A stretch of DNA of 64,000 nucleotides from a virus: the IMG/VR virus record IMGVR_UViG_3300037087_000150, positions 1-64,000 of that record; one strand, 5' to 3'. The translations under genes were made by a program, and so were the position numbers. Positions 47,074 through 55,638 of the stretch are shown here, piece after piece. Below the pieces are notes generated by a model that did no database searches, had not been told where the DNA came from, and saw only the letters and a program-made list of their open reading frames with translations. The first letter of the stretch is position 1; every line of letters begins with the position of its first letter.

Positions 47074-48701
47074 AGAAGAATATAGAATTTGGATCTGAAG
47101 CCCGAATGAAATTAATGAAAGGGATAAATAAAATAGCTGATAGTGTTGGTATTACCTTAGGACCAAAAGGAAGAAATGTCATCATAGAAAAGAGTGGTGG
47201 TCTCAGGATAGTAATTACAAAGGACGGTGTTACAGTCGCAAGAGAAATTGAACTGGAAGATCCTCTGGAAAATATAGGTTGTCAAATTATAAAAGAGGCA
47301 GCCACCAAAACATCTGATGATGCTGGTGATGGTACAACTACCGCAACAATATTAGCTCGTTCTATTGTCGAAAAAGGTTTAAAAAGTACAACAACAGGTA
47401 TAAATCCAATAGATTTGAAAAAAGGAATTGATAAAGCGGTAAAGAGAGTTGTTGAAAGATTAAATGAAATTTCAGTAGAAATTGGTCTTGATTATGAAAA
47501 GATAAAACAAGTCGCTACTATAAGTGCCAATAATGATAAGGATATAGGTTTTATGATTACTGATGCTATGAAAAATGTTGGATTAACTGGTGTTATTACA
47601 ATTGAAGAGGCTCGTGGAATGGAAACTACAATAAAAACTGTAAAGGGAATGAAACTCGATAGAGGTTATATTTCACCTTATTTCATCACGGATACAGAAA
47701 AAATGGAAACAGTTTTTGAGAACACTTATATTCTTATATACGAGGAAAAAATACAATCGATACATAATTTATTACCTATCCTCGAATTGGTTGTTCCGAC
47801 AGGTAAACCACTTTTGATCATTGCTGATACCCTCGAAAACGAAGCACTCGGACCATTAGTTTATAATAAAGTAAAAGGAAATTTAAAAGTTTGTGCAATA
47901 AAAGCTCCCGGCTTCGGAGATAGAAGAAAGGATTTATTGGAAGATATCGCAGTTTTAACCGGTGGAAATTTAATATCCGATGGAATGGGTAGAAAATTAG
48001 AAACCATGAAACTTGAAGATTTAGGTATGGCTGAAAAAATTATAATCAACAATAACTCAACTATAATAATGGGTGGAAATGGTAATCCTGAAATGGTATT
48101 TGGAAGAATCAGTCAAATAAGAAATCAAATAGAAAACAATAAAAACGATTATGATAAAGAAAAAAATGAAGCTCGATTGGCCAATTTAACGGGTGGAATT
48201 TGTGTCATAAGTGTTGGGGCTTCCAGTGAAATAGAAATGAAAGAAAAGAAAGATCGTTTTGATGATGCTCTACATGCAACCAAAGCTGCCATTGGAGAAG
48301 GTATAGTTCCCGGTGGTGGAGTTGCTTATATAAGATGTATAAATTCACTGGATGATTTGGAAATCTCAAATGAAGATGAAAAGATTGGAGTTGATATAAT
48401 TCGTAAAGTTTTGGAAGAACCACTAAGAAAAATAGTTGAAAATTCGGGAAAAGAATCCTCAGTTGTTTTACAAAATGTAAAATCAGGAACTTCTGATATT
48501 GATTATGGTTACGATGCTAATACTGAAAAATTCGGTAATCTATATGAACTTGGAATCATTGACCCAACGAAAGTGGCAAGGGTGGCTTTAGAGAATGCGG
48601 CCTCTGTTGCTGGTTTATTCTTAACTACGGAATGTGTAGTATCAGAAATAAAAGAAAAAAATGAATTTGGACTACATCAAGGTCCACCACCATTAATGTA
48701 A
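47070..48701 (+). CDS. groEL: Chaperonin GroEL
   Basis: TLGPKGRNV, TKDGVTVA, GDGTTTAT, KAPGFGDRRK, GIVPGGG, GIIDPTKV. Confidence 0.97.
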   Translation: MKKNIEFGSEARMKLMKGINKIADSVGITLGPKGRNVIIEKSGGLRIVITKDGVTVAREIELEDPLENIGCQIIKEAATKTSDDAGDGTTTATILARSIVEKGLKSTTTGINPIDLKKGIDKAVKRVVERLNEISVEIGLDYEKIKQVATISANNDKDIGFMITDAMKNVGLTGVITIEEARGMETTIKTVKGMKLDRGYISPYFITDTEKMETVFENTYILIYEEKIQSIHNLLPILELVVPTGKPLLIIADTLENEALGPLVYNKVKGNLKVCAIKAPGFGDRRKDLLEDIAVLTGGNLISDGMGRKLETMKLEDLGMAEKIIINNNSTIIMGGNGNPEMVFGRISQIRNQIENNKNDYDKEKNEARLANLTGGICVISVGASSEIEMKEKKDRFDDALHATKAAIGEGIVPGGGVAYIRCINSLDDLEISNEDEKIGVDIIRKVLEEPLRKIVENSGKESSVVLQNVKSGTSDIDYGYDANTEKFGNLYELGIIDPTKVARVALENAASVAGLFLTTECVVSEIKEKNEFGLHQGPPPLM

Positions 48702-48717
48702 AAAAATTAAAAAAAAA

Positions 48718-49020
48718 ATGAAAGATATAAATTGTCCTTATTGTAATGCAGAACAAGATATAAACCACGATGATGGCTACGGTTATGAAGAAGGATCGAC
48801 CCATCAACAAGAATGTGGTAGTTGTGGAAAAACATTTGTTTATACCACTTCAATATCGTTTTATTATGAAGTTTATAAAGCAGATTGCTTAAATGGATCT
48901 GAACATGATTATGAACCAACACATACACATCCAAAACGATTCACAATGATGAGATGTACAATATGTGATGATGAAAGAAAACCGACCAAAGAAGAATTTG
49001 AATTGATCGGAGAAGATTAA
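48718..49020 (+). CDS. Zn-finger protein
   Basis: CPYC, CGSC, CTIC. Confidence 0.7.
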   Translation: MKDINCPYCNAEQDINHDDGYGYEEGSTHQQECGSCGKTFVYTTSISFYYEVYKADCLNGSEHDYEPTHTHPKRFTMMRCTICDDERKPTKEEFELIGED

Positions 49021-49023
49021 CTT

Positions 49024-49734
49024 ATGGAAAAAACGAACAAAAAAATATTAGTTTCTTTTTCGGGTGGGTTGGATTCTACTTATCTGGTTTATGATAATTT
49101 AAGAAAAGGTAACACTGTTACTGGCTTATATACTACCATAAAAAACAATATAAATAAAATAAGAGTAGAAACCCATCAAACAAAAAAATTAGGAAAATTA
49201 TTCAAAGAAGATTTTCCCGGTCAATTTACCTTAGATATGGGAATTGGATTCGATATTCCATCATCAAATGATTTGATTTTTAAACAAACTTTAATTTGGT
49301 TGGTATCTTTACTATATCATCATTCATCATCATATGACGAAGTTCAAATCGGTGCTGTAATGAATGACGATATGATCTCTTTTATAGATGATATTAAAAA
49401 TATCTGGGAATCTTTCTCTTTTTTAAATCCAAAGCATCCAATTTTAACATTTCCATTGATGAAAAATGGAAAAGCTCAATTATCTGATTCCTTACCAAAA
49501 AAATATAAGGATCTGGTTGTGTTTTGTGAAAATCCAACTATAATAAAAGATTATGGATTACCCGAAGAAGATAATTTTGAATTTACAAATTGTGGAGAAT
49601 GCCATTCTTGCAAAAGGTATGAATTCGATAAAGACATATGGAATATAGAATATGGTCAAATTAAAAATTCGAATGATCCACCATCAGACGATACTCCAGC
49701 ATCAAACGGTATTCTAATCGGAAAACCAATATAA
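49024..49734 (+). CDS. QueC-like PP-loop ATPase
   Basis: SFSGGLDST; C-terminal C...CGECHSC. Confidence 0.75.
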   Translation: MEKTNKKILVSFSGGLDSTYLVYDNLRKGNTVTGLYTTIKNNINKIRVETHQTKKLGKLFKEDFPGQFTLDMGIGFDIPSSNDLIFKQTLIWLVSLLYHHSSSYDEVQIGAVMNDDMISFIDDIKNIWESFSFLNPKHPILTFPLMKNGKAQLSDSLPKKYKDLVVFCENPTIIKDYGLPEEDNFEFTNCGECHSCKRYEFDKDIWNIEYGQIKNSNDPPSDDTPASNGILIGKPI

Positions 49735-49788
49735 TTTTTTTATTTCAGCTTTTTGTTGTAATTTTGTAGAGTTAAATTAAAAGCTAAT

Positions 49789-50604
49789 ATGAAAAAGACC
49801 AAATTTGATGATATTGAACGCACTTTCAGTGTTGTAAGTGAAGATTTCAAGGAAATGATTGAAATGAAATTCAAAGTTTCATTAGTCGAATCCAATGGTA
49901 CTGTTCAATTCGAAACATCAATCCCCGATTATATTTTCGATGAAGCCAAGAAGATTTGGCCGGAAGATTATGATTTCGAATTCATTAAAACGAAAAGAGA
50001 AGAAAACAAAGTCGGTAATCTTGATTGGCAACTCAAAAAAGTCAAATCGAAAGTTTTAAGACATCAGGCCCTTGTTGGTATCGAATCAGAACTTTGGGAT
50101 TTATCAAAAAAAATTCAGGGTTATCATACATTCGATGAAAAAATCGGTGATAAAGTCATCATGATTTATTTCAGGGGTTCATCATCCACTCAGAGAGAAA
50201 GACATTTTGGTGGAGACATGGGATTGGAAAACAACATCAACTTCCAGTATTTCACAGCTTATCATCACTTGGGTCAGGAAAAGAAATGGTTGAGTGATGA
50301 TATTATAACCGTTGAAAAATTCACAGCCTATTACAAATGTGGAATGAGTGAACAGGGTGAAAATCACAAATACAAGGAAAGTCAGTTAGTACCACTTCAC
50401 CACACCTATGAGGATTTAAGAAATTTAAAAGGGGCTTATATTATGATTCCTTGGAGTGAAGAAAGAGAACAATATTTGAAAGCAATTCAGAACAATTTCA
50501 CTAACCTGACAGAAAAATTGAATGAATTTCTCAAAGATCTGACGGAAGAAAAACTCGATAATCTTATTGAAAATCATCCAGTTCAAAAATTACTTTCAAA
50601 TTAA
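49789..50604 (+). CDS. Hypothetical protein
   Basis: 271-aa ORF behind the TAATTTTG box at 49759. Confidence 0.75.
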   Translation: MKKTKFDDIERTFSVVSEDFKEMIEMKFKVSLVESNGTVQFETSIPDYIFDEAKKIWPEDYDFEFIKTKREENKVGNLDWQLKKVKSKVLRHQALVGIESELWDLSKKIQGYHTFDEKIGDKVIMIYFRGSSSTQRERHFGGDMGLENNINFQYFTAYHHLGQEKKWLSDDIITVEKFTAYYKCGMSEQGENHKYKESQLVPLHHTYEDLRNLKGAYIMIPWSEEREQYLKAIQNNFTNLTEKLNEFLKDLTEEKLDNLIENHPVQKLLSN

Positions 50605-50663
50605 TTTTTTTATTCCAATTCAATTTATTACTTTTGTTCAATTCGCTTTAATAATTTTAAATT

Positions 50664-50942
50664 ATGGAATTCGTCATTTGTCTTTTCAGAAAAACATATA
50701 GTAGTGGTGAACACAGGGAATATGTCCTTGTTGAAAAAACCGATGATGAAAACTATATTCATGAAGCCATGGAATATTGGGGGGAATCAAGTGATGGTGG
50801 ACATGGCTACGGTTATACAGTCCATTGTGATGATATTATTGAAAAACCTACTCAACAGGTTATTGACCATCTTATCAAAGAAGTCAATGAAGATATAAAG
50901 CATTTACAAAGTTCAATTGAATTTCAAAAAATATGCTTTTGA
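50664..50942 (+). CDS. Hypothetical protein, possibly continuing by frameshift to 51063
   Basis: Behind TACTTTTG box; +1 frame stays open after the A6 run. Confidence 0.6.
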   Translation: MEFVICLFRKTYSSGEHREYVLVEKTDDENYIHEAMEYWGESSDGGHGYGYTVHCDDIIEKPTQQVIDHLIKEVNEDIKHLQSSIEFQKICF

Positions 50943-51077
50943 GGGAGGGGATTTAGTCAATAAGAAAACCGTAGAATATCTTCTTGGTAGAAAATATCTA
51001 AAGAGAGGTATGATACAATTTGATAAAAACGAATATAAATACGAATTTTTAATTTATTTATAAATAAGAAATGTTTG

Positions 51078-51207
51078 TTGGTCGATTAGTGTAATTAGAT
51101 ACGATCCAAAAAATTAGCACGCCGGTAGCGGAAGTTTACCCATAACATTTGGATGTAAGGGCCAAATACACGGAAGAGTGGTGGAGAATCGGGAGTCCAC
51201 AGACCAA
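51078..51207 (+). ncRNA. Candidate structured RNA with tRNA-like ends
   Basis: TTGGTC/GACCAA closing stem, GTGTAATT/AATTAGCAC stem, CCG-GTAG-CGG, GTGGA/TCCAC; locally GC-rich. Confidence 0.5.
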
Positions 51208-51232
51208 TGAACTAAATATTATAAGGAAAAAT

Positions 51233-51670
51233 ATGGGTGTAATTTCAATCAATTACAAAGGAGGGGCCTTTATTGAAGATGATAAAGACGGAAATCAAAT
51301 AAGAGAAAAGATTATTTATGAATCCGTTGAAATATCATATAACAATTTAAAGGATAAGAAAATTTTCAACTCTGGAAATTTTGTTCAGGATTGGTATGAC
51401 TGTAATAGATTTATCATCATGGAACTTTGTGATAAGGAATATAGATTTTCAAATTCCAGTTCAGTTGATCATTTTATTATGGATGGTGCACCTTATGAAA
51501 GTGCGTATTTGAAAAAAGTAAAATCGAATTTATTAAATGAGGGTGGACCAGATAATAATTGGTATTTGGATTATGAATATGACCATTCAAATCAAGGGAT
51601 AGAATTTTTTGTACCACAGGGAACAAAACCAACTTGGGAAGAATTGAAAGCTAAATGTAAAAAAGATTAA
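51233..51670 (+). CDS. Hypothetical protein
   Basis: ATG 51233 (MGVISINYKGG) with AAGGA upstream. Confidence 0.7.
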   Translation: MGVISINYKGGAFIEDDKDGNQIREKIIYESVEISYNNLKDKKIFNSGNFVQDWYDCNRFIIMELCDKEYRFSNSSSVDHFIMDGAPYESAYLKKVKSNLLNEGGPDNNWYLDYEYDHSNQGIEFFVPQGTKPTWEELKAKCKKD

Positions 51671-51738
51671 CAACTTTTAATATTAATACAACTATAATAG
51701 AACCCTTCAATTAAATCAATCAATATAATTAAATTAAT

Positions 51739-52536
51739 ATGAAACGAGAAATGACATACAATGTATTTATCGATGACAAACTTCGTCCTCTCGATATTTT
51801 TTACAAAACAAGTAATCCTTTATATAAGGAACAATTTGTGGTTATCAAATCATACAGTCAATTCACTGAACATATCGAAGAACAATTCAAGAAAGAGGGA
51901 ACTTATCCCGGCTTTATTAGCTTCGATTATTTATTGGCTGATGTCATTATGCAGGTAACAGAGGATTTCACTGTTTTTAATAATGAAGAATCCTACACTC
52001 CAACTGGTTTTGAATGTGCACAATGGATCGTTGATTTTTGTAAGACAAATAATCTTCCTCTTCCAAAATATAACATTCATGACATGAATCCTACGGGAAG
52101 AAGATTAATTTCCAAGGCATTCAACAAATCATCTGTTACAATGACCGCTTCAGATCCTTTCATTGAAAAAACAACAGTTGTAGTGAAAGATTCGATAACA
52201 GAGAATCCGATTCATGAAGTTCCGAAAACGGTAAAACCCGAAAAAACTGAGAAAAAAGCTAATTCAGAAACCAAAAAAGCTAATTCCGTAATCAATAAAA
52301 CTAAGGATAAGGAACTCATAACTGGTATCCTAATTGAAAGTTTAAAGGGTAAATCACTCTCTAAAAAAGAAATTGATGTTATCCTTATTCCCGAATTTTC
52401 AGACAGTTATACACTGAAGCAGAAGAAAACTAAGATTGAAAATATTATGTGGGAACTTAAGCTAAAGGGTATTATTGTGAATACGGGTACAATTCGTGTT
52501 CCATCGTGGAAATTAGTGAAAAAAGAAAAAAAATAA
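51739..52536 (+). CDS. Cyclic-phosphate-processing receiver-like domain plus C-terminal winged helix (putative)
   Basis: FIDDKLRP, ISFDY, TGFECAQW, IHDMNPTG; C-terminal LSKKEI...LKLKGIIVNTG. Confidence 0.6.
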   Translation: MKREMTYNVFIDDKLRPLDIFYKTSNPLYKEQFVVIKSYSQFTEHIEEQFKKEGTYPGFISFDYLLADVIMQVTEDFTVFNNEESYTPTGFECAQWIVDFCKTNNLPLPKYNIHDMNPTGRRLISKAFNKSSVTMTASDPFIEKTTVVVKDSITENPIHEVPKTVKPEKTEKKANSETKKANSVINKTKDKELITGILIESLKGKSLSKKEIDVILIPEFSDSYTLKQKKTKIENIMWELKLKGIIVNTGTIRVPSWKLVKKEKK

Positions 52537-52739
52537 GCTAAAAATTTTTTTATTAGAAATAAATTTCATTATCTTTACAGAAATCATTAATCAAATCAAT
52601 ATTAAATCAAAAAGGTATGTTCGACAGTCTTAAAAAGAAAATGATGTCTCCTGAGTGGCAAGCACAAGAAATCAAAGAGGAAATTAAGAAAATTATCGAA
52701 GAGAATTAATATCATGTTTGCTTAATGATTGGTTAATTC

Positions 52740-52779
52740 CGAATTCTCCGCCTCGTGAGGGGCGGGGAATTCCCTTTTT
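52740..52779. terminator. Strong GC-rich hairpin between convergent units
   Basis: GAATTCTCCGCCTC-GTGA-GGGGCGGGGAATTC then CCTTTTT. Confidence 0.75.
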
Positions 52780-52781
52780 GA

Positions 52782-53741
52782 TTATTGAGTAAACAAAGTT
52801 TTCTTTATTTCTGAAATATAAGATATTAAATGAATGACAGGATCTACTGTCGTTTCATAATTTTCATTATAACTTTTTGAAATTCCAATAAGGTTGAAAC
52901 CCTTATTTGTAATTATATCTGGATGATTAGTTTTTAGATATTTGTAGAATGGTCTACCAAGAATAAACATTAAATCCTTTGGCCTATTTGTGTAATTATC
53001 TACAACAAAATCGTAAATATTATCAAAAGTAGACTTACTACCTAAAATAAATTCATAGATATCCGTATAGGTTTCCTGAATTTGAATATCCTCATTCCCC
53101 GTCAAAAATATAGCATGAACACCCTGAACAGCCGCTCTCAAATCAGGGAAATAAGTATTTATCAAATTTGTTATTGTTTCTGGTTTCAAATTTAATCCAG
53201 CGTGTTTACTAACAGCGGTTAAATACTTGGTATATCCACTATGTAAAAATTCTCTTTCTTCATCATTTATCGGATCAAATTTCAATAATGGTTCGAAACG
53301 AGATAAAAGAGCCGGAACTTTAATGGATTGGATTTCATTCATTGTAATAATGAATCTAACCCTCTGGTCATAATCTTCAATAAATGCCTTGAAAGCCTCT
53401 TGAAAATCCTTAGTCGAATTCTCAAATTCTTCCATATAAACATATTTCATGCTATCATCTGATTTGATAAATGGAGATTTCATAGAAGTACAAAAATCTT
53501 CCAATTCATCCCTTAATGTATCTATCTTTCCATTTAACGATGCATTTATTCTAATAAAATCTCTATCTTTCAATAAAATTCTGGTAATTGTACTTTTTCC
53601 AGTTCCTTGATGTCCGTGAAGTAAATAATTCCTTTTGAATCCCTCTCCAAGTTCGGCTTTGATTCTCGGAAGAAGAACCATTTGATTCAATGATTTTGGA
53701 CGATATCTTTCCCAGAATAATCCATCTATATAATTAGGCAT
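52782..53741 (-). CDS. Clamp-loader AAA+ subunit (T4 gp44/RFC-like)
   Basis: WERYRPKSL, GHQGTGKST, INAS, ALLSRF, FPDLR. Confidence 0.92.
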   Translation of the reverse strand: MPNYIDGLFWERYRPKSLNQMVLLPRIKAELGEGFKRNYLLHGHQGTGKSTITRILLKDRDFIRINASLNGKIDTLRDELEDFCTSMKSPFIKSDDSMKYVYMEEFENSTKDFQEAFKAFIEDYDQRVRFIITMNEIQSIKVPALLSRFEPLLKFDPINDEEREFLHSGYTKYLTAVSKHAGLNLKPETITNLINTYFPDLRAAVQGVHAIFLTGNEDIQIQETYTDIYEFILGSKSTFDNIYDFVVDNYTNRPKDLMFILGRPFYKYLKTNHPDIITNKGFNLIGISKSYNENYETTVDPVIHLISYISEIKKTLFTQ

Positions 53742-53797
53742 AATATAAAAAATTTATTTACCTATTTTATGAATAAATTGACGAAAGGTTTAATATT

Positions 53798-54955
53798 TTA
53801 TATTATTCCCATAGATTTAGGATCTACAAAAATTGTGGTATTATTAATTACCCAATCTCCATTCTCATCCTTAATTCTATTGACACCATAGAAACCAGTT
53901 TGAATACCAGATGCTTTTCTATTGTTATACCCGGCTAAATAATCACTTTTCAAAACGGTTTTTTTAGTTGGATCATTAGATCTCAATTCGAAATGTAAGT
54001 GATTACCATATGAAAATCCAGTATCACCAATAGTCCCTAACAATTGACCTTTATCAACCTTATCACCCGCTTTAACAAATACATCCTGTAAGTGTCCATA
54101 TATTGCCACATATTGTTTACCGTCATTCGGAGAATAAAAAACTAACCAAACTGAATTACCATATCCACTCGGAGAACGATAAATACTCTGACCATATTTA
54201 TTTATACCACTTCCTTTTGGAGATTCTATTTGATTAACATATGGACTATACGCATGTTGAATTATACCGGCATACACAGCATATACTTTTGTCCCATTTT
54301 TTGCCCCAATATCTGTTCCCCCATGAAATTCCCATTTACCGCCATTTGTTAAAATTCTAAATCCAAATGGGGATGTTATAGTTCCTACATGATTAGTTGG
54401 ATGTGCAAAGACATCAGATACAGAAAGAATCTCTGATGGGTTTATTTGAGTTGTTGTTACTGTTCCTGATGTGGTCGTTGTGGTGGTTGTTACAGCATTT
54501 GGATCTGAATTATCAACATAAGTGATTCCATTTTCGTTTATTATAGTTCCCAAAGTCATATCTTCACTCTCCAAAAATGTAACTCCTGAATCAGCATTTG
54601 TAAATCCACTCAATAAATCATCAGCATTCTGACCTACCTCTTCAAAATAATCTGGGTTGTTTTGTTGAATATATTGAATTTTATTAACCTCGTCCTTATT
54701 TACTTTATCCACTAATCCAACATCAACATATTTTCCATCTTTGTCATTATCTTCTCCATTTGGTGAACCAGTTTGTTCACCTTTAGATAAAGTTGAACTT
54801 TTGGAATCACTCATTTGTTGAGTTTCCTTTTGAACCGTTGTTTTTACTGTTTGTTTGGCTTCACTTCCAGTATAATCACTATCACTATATTTTACTTTAT
54901 TGATGGTCAAATCTGTATCATCTACATTAGGATCACTATATCTTTTTCCAGCCAT
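53798..54955 (-). CDS. M23 family peptidase (tail-associated or lysin)
   Basis: ITSPFGFR, HGGTDIG, YGHL, GNHLHFELR. Confidence 0.9.
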   Translation of the reverse strand: MAGKRYSDPNVDDTDLTINKVKYSDSDYTGSEAKQTVKTTVQKETQQMSDSKSSTLSKGEQTGSPNGEDNDKDGKYVDVGLVDKVNKDEVNKIQYIQQNNPDYFEEVGQNADDLLSGFTNADSGVTFLESEDMTLGTIINENGITYVDNSDPNAVTTTTTTTSGTVTTTQINPSEILSVSDVFAHPTNHVGTITSPFGFRILTNGGKWEFHGGTDIGAKNGTKVYAVYAGIIQHAYSPYVNQIESPKGSGINKYGQSIYRSPSGYGNSVWLVFYSPNDGKQYVAIYGHLQDVFVKAGDKVDKGQLLGTIGDTGFSYGNHLHFELRSNDPTKKTVLKSDYLAGYNNRKASGIQTGFYGVNRIKDENGDWVINNTTIFVDPKSMGII

Positions 54956-54960
54956 TTATT

Positions 54961-55638
54961 TTAAGTCAATTTTTTTACTTTATCATTATCCACAATGAAA
55001 ACATTTTTAGATAAAAATGTATCTTTGACAGTCTTATATTCTGCCAATATTTCATCCAATTTCAATTTTATAACAGGATTTCCCTCAGCAAGTAGTGAAC
55101 TTGGTTTAATGAGTTCATTCACAAATTTATCGAACCAATCAAAAAAATGTCCTGTTAATAAAGCTTGTTGATCAGCATCAACAGTCCCCAGAGTTATATT
55201 TCCTTTACTGTCTTTTAATTCCAGATTTATATTTGTATCGTTAATTGTCATTTTATTGAACAAATAATCCAATGTTAAATCTGTATCATCTACATATATT
55301 TGGCATCGTTCATCAAATGTCAATGCAGTAAAATTAGCGTATTCATCATCTCCCAAATCCGCCAATTTTTTCTGTAAATTTGTATTGAAATAATTACAAG
55401 CAACATAATAGGGTTGATAAATATCTCCCCAACCAAATATAACAGACACGATTTTACCAACAGCTGGTACATTAAACGATTTTCCATCTACTGAATATCC
55501 CGGAGAAGCATATGGAATATCAGCTAAAGGTATATCATCAAACATACCCTGAACCCTGACTTTAATTCTACCTTTCCTGTTAGGATCTTTATTATCTTCA
55601 ACGATTCCAAAGAAAATTTTATCACTTAAATGTTTCAT
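54961..55638 (-). CDS. Baseplate hub/spike protein, gp5 N-terminal OB-fold-like
   Basis: GIVEDNKDPNRKGRIKVRV...VPAVGKIVSVIF. Confidence 0.85.
   Translation of the reverse strand: MKHLSDKIFFGIVEDNKDPNRKGRIKVRVQGMFDDIPLADIPYASPGYSVDGKSFNVPAVGKIVSVIFGWGDIYQPYYVACNYFNTNLQKKLADLGDDEYANFTALTFDERCQIYVDDTDLTLDYLFNKMTINDTNINLELKDSKGNITLGTVDADQQALLTGHFFDWFDKFVNELIKPSSLLAEGNPVIKLKLDEILAEYKTVKDTFLSKNVFIVDNDKVKKLT

Noticed and set aside
50933-51002. Second amber-interrupted ORF (ATG CTT TTG AGG GAG GGG ATT TAG...)
   Set aside because: It ends at TAA after about 22 codons with no recognisable product; another frame explains the region better
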